Of a stretch of DNA of 64,000 nt, positions 47,055-58,023 are shown piece after piece (within the stretch, counting starts at the first letter, position 1; each line of letters starts with the position of its first letter). Made by a program: the position numbers and the translations under genes. The DNA is from Clostridia bacterium (GTDB lineage: Bacteria > Bacillota > Clostridia > UBA1381): the NCBI GenBank assembly GCA_045542415.1, contig JAZQKZ010000031.1, positions 1-64,000 on the forward strand, given 5' to 3'. The notes below the pieces were generated by a model, which had not been told where the DNA came from, did no database searches, and saw nothing but the letters and a program-made list of their open reading frames with translations.

Positions 47055-50000
47055 ATGAAAGCAAAAAAGCTAATCAGTGCATTGACAGCGGCAGCAATTT
47101 CTTTATCAACTATTACTCCGCTTGCAATGACAGCATCAGCTGAGGATGCAGTTTATACCTGCGATTTTACTCAGCTCATCAAAAACGGTGCAGATACCAC
47201 CTACGGTACATCAACTGATATTTATCAGCTTGATGACTACACCACCGCATATCTTACATATGAGGGTACATATGTAACAGCTGCGGGAGAAGTATATTTA
47301 AAAAGTAACACTGTAACAAATGGAGCAGGCAGGTATGCAAAGGGCAGTTATATTGCGTTTACTGCACCATCCTACGGTACTGTAACGATTAAGGGTAAGG
47401 ACATCGGTTTTTGTTTTAACGATGACGGTTCGGAAACCTATATGGGATACGGCCCAAGCATGACCTTTGACGTAACGGCAGGCGACATTGTTTATACCGG
47501 CTACAGAAAGACTTCAACCTATGTTTCATCAATTACTTTTGAGGCACTTCCGGAACCGACAGCAGCTCCGACAGCAGACCCAAACGCCACTCTTCCGCCG
47601 TCGTTTAACGAGCCGGACAGAGAGGTGCTGTATTCAGAGAACTTTGAGGGTTATGAAGACGGAGCAACGGGCGGCTGGACTTCACCGGCAGGAACGATGA
47701 AGATAAAGACAGACACCGAAAGCTTAATAAGCAAGTATCAGACAGTTGTATCCGGCAAAAGCGGCACCTGCCGTTCAGGATATGTTGAAATCCCGGCTAT
47801 AACGGATAATTTCGTATTTGAATGTGATTTCAAGTCAACCTCAAACGTAAATGTATCAGACCTTGAGCTTCTTGAAACGAAGTCATCGGTATATGCGAAT
47901 CACGGAAGATACTCTAATGCAAAGTATGCTTTCACAATGGCAAGACCTCAAGGTTCAAATCTTTATGTTTTAAATAATGCCTTGGACGACAGCGGAATGA
48001 CACTTAACCGCTATGAGGCACCAATCGTTACAACTCCGGAAATTGCAGACAATCCGTGGCTTCATGTAAAGGTTGTAGGTAACTACGACACACACACTGC
48101 AATAGTTTACATAATGTCACTTGACAGAGAAACAACATACTATCACGGTATGCTTGATATGTCACCGGACATCAGCTCATGGAAGTGTATCCACCTCCTT
48201 TCACCGTCAACCGGTGCTGATACCTGTATTGACAACATAAAGGTATCAAAGGCACTCGATGAGGACTTGGCAGAGGTATTCCATACAGTAAAAATCAATA
48301 ACGGTATTTCTGAATTTTCGCAGTATGTTGCAGACGGCAAGTCACCGGTGAATATCCCGGACATGTCACTTTACGGCAGCTATTTCCTTGGTTGGAATGT
48401 GAACGGAACACTCCTTTCATCAACACAGCTTGCTTCATATGCAGTTACTGCCGACACAACAATCACTGCTCAGATTTCACCGGACTATATCGAAAATATA
48501 GCAAAAGTCGAGTTCAACTCATTCCCGGCAAATTCAATGCTTGTCATGGGACCTGATGGCGATACATATGCAGATAACAATATTTCTCTTACAATTACCG
48601 GCGAAAGAGGTACAAGCCTTGTTTCAAATCCGGATTCAAGAGTTAGTGACTATACAATAGACTGGAAATTTGACGGTTTCCGTACAATGAACGGTATAGC
48701 AACAGGTGAGACAGGCTCATCATACTGCGACAGCTACGGAAGTGTTACAATCGACAGCGCAAACCAGAGCAACGTCAATTTCAGATTGAAGAATACATCA
48801 GCAAATTACTACGGTTTAGTAACTGCTACTGTTACATATAACGGAAAGACTGTCACTGTTTCAAAACCGTTGGTACTCCTTGCAGATACAAACGTTGACA
48901 CATCGCAGATTTTACCGAGAGCTGGTTATAGTGCGGATTACAGCAAGTATGACGATACGCTCGTTGGATACTCAATCAAAAATAACGACATATTGACGGG
49001 CGGCTGGTCAATGGACGGTTCAGACGCTACATATGTAACACTCCGGGAAGAAAATGGAGGCAAGTATCTTGCTTTATCAAGAGCATTAAGCGGTAATTCA
49101 TCATATGTATATCAGAACATAGGAAACATTACCTCACAGACAGTATTCTCACAGGATGTACGCTTCAATATGCCGGCTAATATAGAATACGGTACCGGAA
49201 AGGCAGTAACCTCCTTTACGTCAACTGCATTTAACCTGGCATTTAGCGGTTCAGCATTTACACTCAATACTACACAAATTTGTGAGGCTTCGGCAGGTAC
49301 ATGGTATCATATTGAGATAGTAGCAGATCCGACATCAAAGCTTTGCATGGCAAAGATATATGAATACCGTGCAGACGGTGACTACAGCAGTGCTGTGCCG
49401 ATTGGCGCAACTGATGTGTCAGCATTCACGGACGGATATACATCAGGTTCATATTACAGAATAGCATTAACCAAAAACAGTGGTACTATTGATATAAATA
49501 ATGTAGAAATCACTGCACCCTCCGTTACCTCAGCAACTGTAAACGCTCCTGAGACATTAACAATTTCAGAAACAGCACAGGTAACTGCAGATTTATCGTT
49601 AAATGCACTTATGGCAGACGGTTCGGTAGCTCTGGGTGTTGCTTCATGGGAAATTGCCGATGAATTTGCAACAGGTGTAAGTATAGCTTCATCAGGCAAT
49701 CAGAGTGCAGTATTAACTGTTGATTCTACAGCTTCATCAGGCGAATTACCGATTAATGTTACAATTAACGGATATAAGACAACTCATACAATAAAGCTTT
49801 TAGGTACAAAGGACAACGTTGCATTTGTAAAGGCACCTACCGGTGCGGCAATTCCGACAGAGGGAAATGCTGTATATACATACGTTGCACAGGTAATTGA
49901 CGGAAGCGCTGAAATGGTTGTCGGCAGAACAATTACATATACATTACTTAATGCAGACGGTAGTACATTAAGTGATTCGGACATTTCAATTGCATCAGAC

Positions 50001-53000
50001 GGTACATTAACTGTAGCATCATCAGCTTCACCGCAGGAAATTCTCGTTAAGGCAATATCAACAGATACAAGCGGCAATGAGATTTCAAAATCAGTTAAGG
50101 TAAGCCTTTACGGAAACAAGTTCAGCTTCGGTTCAACCTACACAAGCGGCTATACACAGGTAAATGCAGCTGATACATATTCAGATAACAGAGGCTTCGG
50201 TACAGTTGGTTCAGCTGTTGATAACAATGGATATATCAGCGGTAGCGGTGCAGGCTTTAAGGTAAAGCTTGAGGCAGGTAATGTATATTCGGTAAAGACT
50301 TCATACGAGGGTACACTCCGATGTGAATATATCAACTCCGATCTCCCCGGCTTTGAGAAAACAAAGGCTTCTCTGGGCGAAGACACATATAACGTTGCAG
50401 TGTTCGGAGACGGAATAATGGATATTACATTATCAGGCGACGGCAAAATAGCATCACTTGAATTTGAAAAGCTTGAAAGAAGCTCAAACACAAAGCCGGC
50501 ATGGTTTACAATCGGTGACTCAACAGTTCAGCAAAACGGAAGCTGGGCATACACCATTGCAAGTGATTCAACCTCGGACCTTTCAGCATACCCGGCACTT
50601 GCCGAGACTGTAAGTACATTCTATAACAGCGGACGTGCCGGCAGACAACACCGTTCATACTACACAGAGGGCTTATTCAATAATGTACTCACACGCTTAA
50701 AGCCGGGTGATGTCGTTTCAATAAGCGGTATGGGCACAAACGATTCAAGCTCTTCAAAGGAAACCTTTAAGAATTACAACAATATCTACATAGACGCAAT
50801 TGAAGCTATGGGCGGATATGTGATTTTAGGAAGCTACACACCGACAGGTAACTACGGTTCAACTGAGGGCAAGGTATATGACGCAGACAACATTCTCTTT
50901 AAGGGAATGAGAACAAACTCATATGATGCTGCAATCCGTGAGGTATATGAAGAGCGTGTAGCAGCAGGCGATGACAAGGTTATCGGCTTTATTGATATCG
51001 GTAAGATAAGTGATAATCTTATGACAAATGACGTAAGAGCAGAATATAACGCAGCAGCGGCTGACGGCAAGTCAATCGTTGAAGCACGTTCAGCGGCAAA
51101 TAATAAGGCAGATGAAATGATGGCATGGTGGAAAGACTATAACCACTATTACACCTCGTTCTCAAGCTACATTTTACCTGAAATAACAAACCGTGCGGCA
51201 CAACTTATAAGCGGTCAGGAGCAGGATGCATTACCTGAGATAATTGAACTTGCAGAAATCGACCCGGCAATCACTCCGGCGCCGACAGCAACTCCCGAAC
51301 CCACTGCCACACCTGCTCCCACAGCAACCCCTACCCCCTCTCCTGCTCCGCTTGACGGCACAGGTGTTGAGGTAGTGTCATCAGAAGAATATGTTGATGT
51401 TTCATCACTTGTTATGTATAATAACAACACATACCGAATGTATGCTGCCGATGGTACATACACAAGCGTAAGCGCAACTAACGGCAAGGTTCATAACACA
51501 ACAGGCGGCGAGGTTATTATTGTACCGGAATACAAGTTTGAATTTACAAATACAACAGCTTCAACAGACCCGTATATCAGCGGTTATGTGAAAGTAGGTG
51601 CAAATTCATATACACAAACAAAGGGCTACGGCTTAACAAGCAGCGGCTCAATCAACGAAAACGGATGCAGACCTGAATCCGGTTCGCCGATTAAGGTTGA
51701 CGTTCCGAAAGGCTACTACGACATAACCGTTTACCGCAAGGGCGGTGCACGCGCAGACGTATATGCCGAAGGTACTCAGATTATTCAGAATACTACCTCG
51801 GCGAGTCCTCAGAACCGAAATGCCGGCAGCGCACTGATGTATGCTCCCGGAATAATGATCGAAAGCGGATGCGTAGATATTACAATCGGCAACACAAGCG
51901 GCTCAAACGAAAGAGTTGCATCTGTTTCAATCGTAAGAGTACCGGAGAAATTAAGAAAGCCGGTAATCTGGGTTGCAGGTGACTCAGAGTCAGCTAACTA
52001 CTATGCAATTGATGCAAACGGTAGTGACTTAGACAGCGAAAAGATAATGATTACAGGCTTCGGTACACAGCTTGACAAGTACCTTTCAAACAAGTACAGC
52101 ATAGCAAATTTCGGTCAGCCGAGTGCTACGGCAGGCACATGGAACAACGAAAGCCTTGAATCAGTTACAAAGCAGATGATACCGGGAGATACGATCCTTA
52201 TCTGCTTCGGTATCAATGACGCAGTTTCATCATCAAATAAGGTTGATATTGAAACTGCAAAGGCAAATATCAAGAAGATTGTTGACGCAGCACTTTCAAA
52301 GGGTGCAAAGCCGATACTTTTAAGCCCGGTTTATAACAGCAAATATCAGGGCAAGTCATACTTTACATACTCAAACAATACAAATGTACTCGGCGAGTAT
52401 GCAAAAGAAATTGGTGTTGACTTTATTGACATCAACCGTTTCTCAATGAAGTATGTAAATGATTCAATCATTGCAACAGAGGATTCAAGTTGGCTTTCAC
52501 ACAACTATCACGTTGCAGATAATCTCCACCTCACACAGCACTCAGCTATGCTTATCGCATCAATTATTGCGGCAGGCATGGAGGATATCGGCTACGAGGT
52601 TAAGGATTATGCTTATACATACGCTGATATTGCCGAAGTAGGTGAAGGCAACGTAAGAGGCACTGAAACAGGAGTAACAAGAGTTTACAGTGTGGATGAA
52701 GCACATAAGCTTATGGAGCTTGCCCTTGCAACTCCTGAGCCGGAAAGTAATGTTTTAGCATCATATACAGCTCCGTCAACAACATGGACATTTAACGCCG
52801 CACAGCCGGCAACAGCCGGAAATAACGTTCCGGTAGTATCAGGCGGTGCAACATGGAACGAAGCAAGCGGAACAGTTAAGTTTGATGCTTCATCAAAGAC
52901 CACAGGCAAGCTCACGGTAACGCTTGACCCGAAGATCAAGAACAATGTAACAGTCGAGTTTGATGCATACATGACCGCTTTAGGACAGCAGTACTTTGCA

Positions 53001-55142
53001 TATACAATTACCGATACAGAAGGCAATAAATTAATTGACTGCTATTTTGATAAGTACAATAACAAAGGTGAATTAAGCGTAGCAGGTACAGTAATTGCAA
53101 CCGACGGTGCTGTTGCCGACTCATTTGGCTCGGTTAAGGGCGACGGAATGAGTGGTACACCTACTCATGTAAAGAATGTAATTGACTTTGCAGCAGGTAC
53201 AGTAACAGTGAAGTTTGGTTCAAAAGAACTTACAGGAACACTTACAGGCTCAGAGACAGGTGATGTCAAGGTTATCGAAATCCAGTCATACCGTTCAAAG
53301 ACTGCTGACAGACATATTCATATAGATAACCTTACAATCTCGGAGGAAGAGAGTGCAGACGTAACTCCGCAGCCCACACCTGAGGTTGATGTAAACAATA
53401 TCAATGTATTAAAGACTTATGTCGATGAAGCAAATGTAGGCGTAACAATCGACTCAGACTTTGAGGGATGTGCTATTGCCGCACTTTACACAGCAGACGG
53501 CAGACTCGTGGCTACAAAGACAGTTAACGATAACTCAAAGGCAACTACAATCATGTTTGATAAGCCGTCAGAAATGACAGGCTACATCAAGCTCTATGGT
53601 TGGGACATGAGCAGTATAAAGCCATATGACGAAGCAGTTTATATAAGTCTTGCAGATATCACTGCACCTGATTCAGACAATGTTGAAAGCTTTGAATATG
53701 CTTCATACACTAACGGAGAAGTAACGATGCCATATCGTTACTATCTCCCTGCAAACTATAATGCAAATGAGAAATATCCTGTAATTGTATATCTTCATGC
53801 AGAGACACGAACAGGAAGCGATAACGAAGGACAGCTCTACAATGCACAGTATATGTTTAACGAGCTGTTAAACGAGGAAAATATCACAAAGTATCCTGCA
53901 ATTCTCGTTGCACCGCAGTGCGGCGATTCAGATACCTGGACGAGTGATAATGCAGCTTTCGCTGTTAAGGGTATTGTAAATGAGCTTACAAATAAGTTCA
54001 GCGTCAATACAGACAAAGTATATCTTGCCGGATATTCAATGGGTGCAAACGGCTGTTACAGTATCGCTGCTGCAAATTCGGGCATGTTTGCAGCAATCAT
54101 GCCCGCAGGCGGTGAGTGTGACACAGTCACAGCACAAAAGCTTGCAGCAGAAAACACCGCAGCGATGGTATTTCACGGCAGTGCTGATGAAAGCGTGACA
54201 GCAGATAAGGCAAGAGGCATTGTTTCTGTAATGGTAGCAGGCGGTGCAAGCAATGCACAATACTGTGAATTTTACGGCGAGGGACACAACGTGCAGGAGT
54301 TAGCTGCAAAGGCTGACGGTATTTATGAATGGTTATTCAACATGAGCTTAACAACTAACAGCGAAAACAAAGAAAAGGTAGTTGACCTTGCAATATTCAT
54401 GGGGCAGTCAAATATGGCAGGCCGAGGCTCTTATAAAGATGCTACTGTTTGCCCTGTAGGTCATGGATATGAGTTCAGATCAATTACCGCACCTGATGTA
54501 TTATGCAACATCTCAGGACCTTTCGGAAAGAACGAAAACAATGACACACTTAATGACAACAGTGGTCAGGGCATAGACAGACGTTCGGGTGATATGGTAT
54601 CTTCAATCATGGAAAGCTACTACAGTGCTACCGGTACACCTATCGTAGGAGTACAATGTTCAAGAGGCGGCACAAATACAGGTTACTGGACCGGCTCGGC
54701 TATAAAGGCTGAAGCAAAGGCAAGATTAACTGCCGCAAAGACATATCTTGAGGATAACGGATACACAATCAACCGAATCTTCATGGTATGGTGTCAGGGC
54801 GAGAGTGACGGTGACAAGATATACTCAGGAAGCCAGAGTACATCAGGATATAAGAGTGCAACACTCAATATATTCAACTACATGAAAGAGGTCGGTGTAA
54901 CTGACATGTTCATTGTTCAGACCGGACATTATAACGGCGACGACACCGCACATGATGAGGCATATGTTGCAATCCACGATGCACAGTCAGAACTTGCCGC
55001 TGAGAACGATAATATCTACACTGTAGGTTCATTCCTTGAATATAAAGACGATATGATAGACACATATCACTACAACCAAAAAGCATATAACGAGGTTGGT
55101 ACAGCAGCAGGTGCCGCTATAGCTCAGATATATCAGAACTAA
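47055..55142 (+). CDS. Giant secreted multi-esterase (2695 aa): Ig/CBM-like N-terminal array, SGNH hydrolase, second SGNH hydrolase, alpha/beta-hydrolase esterase and SASA (sialate-O-acetylesterase-like) domain
   Basis: Signal peptide. SGNH-1 (FTIGDSTVQ, GMGTNDSSS). SGNH-2 (VAGDSESANYY, FGINDAV, DNLHLTQHS). Alpha/beta-hydrolase (PVIVYLHA, GYSMGANG). SASA (FMGQSNMAGRG, WCQGESDGD). Two PT linkers. Confidence 0.8.
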   Translation: MKAKKLISALTAAAISLSTITPLAMTASAEDAVYTCDFTQLIKNGADTTYGTSTDIYQLDDYTTAYLTYEGTYVTAAGEVYLKSNTVTNGAGRYAKGSYIAFTAPSYGTVTIKGKDIGFCFNDDGSETYMGYGPSMTFDVTAGDIVYTGYRKTSTYVSSITFEALPEPTAAPTADPNATLPPSFNEPDREVLYSENFEGYEDGATGGWTSPAGTMKIKTDTESLISKYQTVVSGKSGTCRSGYVEIPAITDNFVFECDFKSTSNVNVSDLELLETKSSVYANHGRYSNAKYAFTMARPQGSNLYVLNNALDDSGMTLNRYEAPIVTTPEIADNPWLHVKVVGNYDTHTAIVYIMSLDRETTYYHGMLDMSPDISSWKCIHLLSPSTGADTCIDNIKVSKALDEDLAEVFHTVKINNGISEFSQYVADGKSPVNIPDMSLYGSYFLGWNVNGTLLSSTQLASYAVTADTTITAQISPDYIENIAKVEFNSFPANSMLVMGPDGDTYADNNISLTITGERGTSLVSNPDSRVSDYTIDWKFDGFRTMNGIATGETGSSYCDSYGSVTIDSANQSNVNFRLKNTSANYYGLVTATVTYNGKTVTVSKPLVLLADTNVDTSQILPRAGYSADYSKYDDTLVGYSIKNNDILTGGWSMDGSDATYVTLREENGGKYLALSRALSGNSSYVYQNIGNITSQTVFSQDVRFNMPANIEYGTGKAVTSFTSTAFNLAFSGSAFTLNTTQICEASAGTWYHIEIVADPTSKLCMAKIYEYRADGDYSSAVPIGATDVSAFTDGYTSGSYYRIALTKNSGTIDINNVEITAPSVTSATVNAPETLTISETAQVTADLSLNALMADGSVALGVASWEIADEFATGVSIASSGNQSAVLTVDSTASSGELPINVTINGYKTTHTIKLLGTKDNVAFVKAPTGAAIPTEGNAVYTYVAQVIDGSAEMVVGRTITYTLLNADGSTLSDSDISIASDGTLTVASSASPQEILVKAISTDTSGNEISKSVKVSLYGNKFSFGSTYTSGYTQVNAADTYSDNRGFGTVGSAVDNNGYISGSGAGFKVKLEAGNVYSVKTSYEGTLRCEYINSDLPGFEKTKASLGEDTYNVAVFGDGIMDITLSGDGKIASLEFEKLERSSNTKPAWFTIGDSTVQQNGSWAYTIASDSTSDLSAYPALAETVSTFYNSGRAGRQHRSYYTEGLFNNVLTRLKPGDVVSISGMGTNDSSSSKETFKNYNNIYIDAIEAMGGYVILGSYTPTGNYGSTEGKVYDADNILFKGMRTNSYDAAIREVYEERVAAGDDKVIGFIDIGKISDNLMTNDVRAEYNAAAADGKSIVEARSAANNKADEMMAWWKDYNHYYTSFSSYILPEITNRAAQLISGQEQDALPEIIELAEIDPAITPAPTATPEPTATPAPTATPTPSPAPLDGTGVEVVSSEEYVDVSSLVMYNNNTYRMYAADGTYTSVSATNGKVHNTTGGEVIIVPEYKFEFTNTTASTDPYISGYVKVGANSYTQTKGYGLTSSGSINENGCRPESGSPIKVDVPKGYYDITVYRKGGARADVYAEGTQIIQNTTSASPQNRNAGSALMYAPGIMIESGCVDITIGNTSGSNERVASVSIVRVPEKLRKPVIWVAGDSESANYYAIDANGSDLDSEKIMITGFGTQLDKYLSNKYSIANFGQPSATAGTWNNESLESVTKQMIPGDTILICFGINDAVSSSNKVDIETAKANIKKIVDAALSKGAKPILLSPVYNSKYQGKSYFTYSNNTNVLGEYAKEIGVDFIDINRFSMKYVNDSIIATEDSSWLSHNYHVADNLHLTQHSAMLIASIIAAGMEDIGYEVKDYAYTYADIAEVGEGNVRGTETGVTRVYSVDEAHKLMELALATPEPESNVLASYTAPSTTWTFNAAQPATAGNNVPVVSGGATWNEASGTVKFDASSKTTGKLTVTLDPKIKNNVTVEFDAYMTALGQQYFAYTITDTEGNKLIDCYFDKYNNKGELSVAGTVIATDGAVADSFGSVKGDGMSGTPTHVKNVIDFAAGTVTVKFGSKELTGTLTGSETGDVKVIEIQSYRSKTADRHIHIDNLTISEEESADVTPQPTPEVDVNNINVLKTYVDEANVGVTIDSDFEGCAIAALYTADGRLVATKTVNDNSKATTIMFDKPSEMTGYIKLYGWDMSSIKPYDEAVYISLADITAPDSDNVESFEYASYTNGEVTMPYRYYLPANYNANEKYPVIVYLHAETRTGSDNEGQLYNAQYMFNELLNEENITKYPAILVAPQCGDSDTWTSDNAAFAVKGIVNELTNKFSVNTDKVYLAGYSMGANGCYSIAAANSGMFAAIMPAGGECDTVTAQKLAAENTAAMVFHGSADESVTADKARGIVSVMVAGGASNAQYCEFYGEGHNVQELAAKADGIYEWLFNMSLTTNSENKEKVVDLAIFMGQSNMAGRGSYKDATVCPVGHGYEFRSITAPDVLCNISGPFGKNENNDTLNDNSGQGIDRRSGDMVSSIMESYYSATGTPIVGVQCSRGGTNTGYWTGSAIKAEAKARLTAAKTYLEDNGYTINRIFMVWCQGESDGDKIYSGSQSTSGYKSATLNIFNYMKEVGVTDMFIVQTGHYNGDDTAHDEAYVAIHDAQSELAAENDNIYTVGSFLEYKDDMIDTYHYNQKAYNEVGTAAGAAIAQIYQN

Positions 55143-55440
55143 AGTAACCTGCAAGTGATAAAAAATCGAATTACAGCGAAGCCGAAGCAATTCATTGCTT
55201 CGGCTTCATTAATGTTTACTTTAAATAATACCCTTTACATCAAATATCAATCCCCACACACCTTATAGAGTCAAATAAAGTATATCAGATACTCCATAAA
55301 TCTGCATCAGTTTCATTGACATTTTCACTGAACAGGTGTATAATTATTTCAGATGTAGCAGACGCAAAAAAAATCCATGTGTACAGACTCACATTGCACT
55401 GTTATAACTATAATACAAGGAGGTTCTGCTGTAAGTTCAT

Positions 55441-56490
55441 ATGAATAACAAATTGTTTAACTTAATTGATAAGCTGGCATCAGAACACTCCCTTTCGTTA
55501 CAGGAGTACCGTCACCTGCTTACTGAATATGATAATGATACGGCAAATTATTTAGCCCAAAAAGCCGTAAGCGAAAAAGAGAAATATTACGGCGATTCCG
55601 TATTTATACGGGGACTCATTGAAATCAGTAACATCTGTAAAAATGACTGCTATTATTGCGGTATCCGCCGCAGTAATGTAAATTGCGAGCGTTACCGACT
55701 TACGGAAGATGATATTTTAGAATGCTGCCGCGAGGGTTATGAACTTGGCTTTCGTACATTCGTACTACAGGGTGGCGAGGACGCACATTTTACTGATGAT
55801 TTTCTGGCATCGTTGCTGAAAAAAATCAAAACAAGCCACCCCGACTGTGCCATAACCTTATCACTTGGAGAGCGAAGCAAGGACAGCTACCGACTGTTAC
55901 GCTCTGCCGGAGCGGACCGATATTTGCTTCGGCACGAAAGTGCCAATCCCACTCACTACAGCATGCTTCATCCCCCGGAGCTTTCATGGCAACACCGTAT
56001 TGACTGCCTGAAATGGCTTCGTGAATGTGGGTATCAGGTAGGCTGCGGTTTCATGGTCGGCTCTCCTTATCAGACAATTGATATGCTCTGTGAGGAGCTT
56101 AAATTTATCGAAAGCTTTAAACCGGATATGTGCGGTATAGGACCGTTTATCCCTCATAAGGAGACTGTATTCCACGACCGCCCTTCCGGTTCGGTGGAGC
56201 TGACCTGTATATTGCTCAGCTGTATCCGTCTCATACATCCTAAGATACTTCTTCCTGCTACCACAGCATTGGGAACTCTTTCCCCAAACGGTAGAGAAAA
56301 AGGTATTCTTTCAGGTGCAAACGTAGTTATGCCTAACCTATCCCCTGCTTCGGCAAGGAAGAAATATATGCTATATGACAACAAGCTCTCTGACGGAGCA
56401 GAGTCAGCACAGGAAAAAGACACATTTGAAAAAAGACTGGCATCCATAGGCTGTACTGTTACAGCACAGCGCGGCGACGTTTGTAAATAA
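55441..56490 (+). CDS. hydE: [FeFe]-hydrogenase maturase HydE (radical SAM)
   Basis: CKNDCYYCGIRRSN radical-SAM motif, biotin-synthase-like. Adjacent hydG/hydF. Confidence 0.85.
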   Translation: MNNKLFNLIDKLASEHSLSLQEYRHLLTEYDNDTANYLAQKAVSEKEKYYGDSVFIRGLIEISNICKNDCYYCGIRRSNVNCERYRLTEDDILECCREGYELGFRTFVLQGGEDAHFTDDFLASLLKKIKTSHPDCAITLSLGERSKDSYRLLRSAGADRYLLRHESANPTHYSMLHPPELSWQHRIDCLKWLRECGYQVGCGFMVGSPYQTIDMLCEELKFIESFKPDMCGIGPFIPHKETVFHDRPSGSVELTCILLSCIRLIHPKILLPATTALGTLSPNGREKGILSGANVVMPNLSPASARKKYMLYDNKLSDGAESAQEKDTFEKRLASIGCTVTAQRGDVCK

Positions 56491-56523
56491 AAATCTATAT
56501 TAAACTAAAGGAACTTAACTGAA

Positions 56524-58023
56524 ATGACTATATACGATCCAAAATCACGCAAAGCGGAAGAATTCATTAACGATGCTGAAATTCAGGCTACATTGGAATA
56601 TGCCGAGGCAAATAAAAACAACGTTGAGCTTATTGATCAGATACTTGAAAAAGCCCGTCCGCGTAAAACCGAGGACGGCTGGAACTGTGCCGGTCTGACG
56701 CACCGTGAGGCATCCCTACTTCTCGCATGTGACTTACCGGATAAGGTTCAAAAGATTTACGATATTGCAGAGGAGATAAAGCATGCATTCTACGGCAACC
56801 GCATAGTAATCTTTGCACCGCTTTACCTTTCCAACTACTGCGTCAACGGATGCGTTTATTGTCCGTACCACGCAAAAAATAAAACTATCCCACGAAAAAA
56901 ACTGACGCAGGAAGAAATCCGACGTGAAGTTATTGCACTTCAGGATATGGGACACAAGCGCCTTGCAATAGAAACCGGTGAAGATCCTATCAACTGCCCC
57001 CTGGATTATGTGCTTGAAAGTATCAACACTATTTACAGTGTTCACCACAAGAACGGAGATATCCGACGTGTCAATGTCAATATCGCCGCTACTACAGTAG
57101 AAAATTACCGCAAGCTCAAGGAAGCCGGAATCGGCACTTATATTCTTTTTCAGGAGACCTATCATAAAAAGAGCTACGAGCAACTTCACCCCACAGGTCC
57201 CAAGAGCAACTATGCATATCACACCGAGGCACATGACCGTGCAATGGAGGGCGGACTTGACGATGTAGGTCTGGGAGTACTTTTCGGACTTGAAATGTAT
57301 AAATACGAATTTGCAGGTCTTCTGATGCATGCAGAGCATCTTGAAGCTGTATTCGGAGTTGGTCCGCACACTATCAGTGTCCCACGCTTAAAGCGTGCTG
57401 ATGATATTAATCCCGACGATTTTGACAATGGTATTGATGACGATACCTTTGCAAAAATTACCGCCTGCATACGTCTGGCTGTGCCTTACACGGGTATAAT
57501 CATTTCTACCCGTGAAACTGAAGCTGTACGAGGTAAGCTGTTGCGGATGGGAGTTTCACAGATAAGCGGCGGCTCACGCACCTCCGTCGGCGGATATGCC
57601 GGTTATTCTGCGGATGAAAGACCTCATGATACCGAACAGTTTGACGTATCCGACCAGCGTTCTCTTGACGATGTTGTGAAGTGGCTTATGGAAAACGGCC
57701 ACATACCATCATTCTGTACTGCGTGCTACCGTTTAGGCCGTACCGGTGACAGGTTTATGAGTCTGTGCAAAAGCGGTCAGATCAGCAATTGCTGTCTCCC
57801 TAACGCATTGATGACATTAACAGAATACCTTGTTGACTACGCATCTGAGGATACCCGTTCATTAGGATTTAAGGTTGTAGAGCAGGAGCTTATGAATATT
57901 CCCAAAGAAAAGGTACGCACCCTTGCAACTGAGCAGATTGAATATATCAAAGACTTCGCTACCGATTCCGGGGATGATTCTCAGGAAAGGAGAGAGGCAC
58001 GCAGACCTCGTGTAGAAATATGA
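56524..58023 (+). CDS. hydG: [FeFe]-hydrogenase maturase HydG (radical SAM, ThiH-like)
   Basis: CVNGCVYCPY motif. C-terminal Cys-rich auxiliary cluster region (CTACYRLGRTGDRFMSLCKSGQISNCC). Confidence 0.85.
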   Translation: MTIYDPKSRKAEEFINDAEIQATLEYAEANKNNVELIDQILEKARPRKTEDGWNCAGLTHREASLLLACDLPDKVQKIYDIAEEIKHAFYGNRIVIFAPLYLSNYCVNGCVYCPYHAKNKTIPRKKLTQEEIRREVIALQDMGHKRLAIETGEDPINCPLDYVLESINTIYSVHHKNGDIRRVNVNIAATTVENYRKLKEAGIGTYILFQETYHKKSYEQLHPTGPKSNYAYHTEAHDRAMEGGLDDVGLGVLFGLEMYKYEFAGLLMHAEHLEAVFGVGPHTISVPRLKRADDINPDDFDNGIDDDTFAKITACIRLAVPYTGIIISTRETEAVRGKLLRMGVSQISGGSRTSVGGYAGYSADERPHDTEQFDVSDQRSLDDVVKWLMENGHIPSFCTACYRLGRTGDRFMSLCKSGQISNCCLPNALMTLTEYLVDYASEDTRSLGFKVVEQELMNIPKEKVRTLATEQIEYIKDFATDSGDDSQERREARRPRVEI

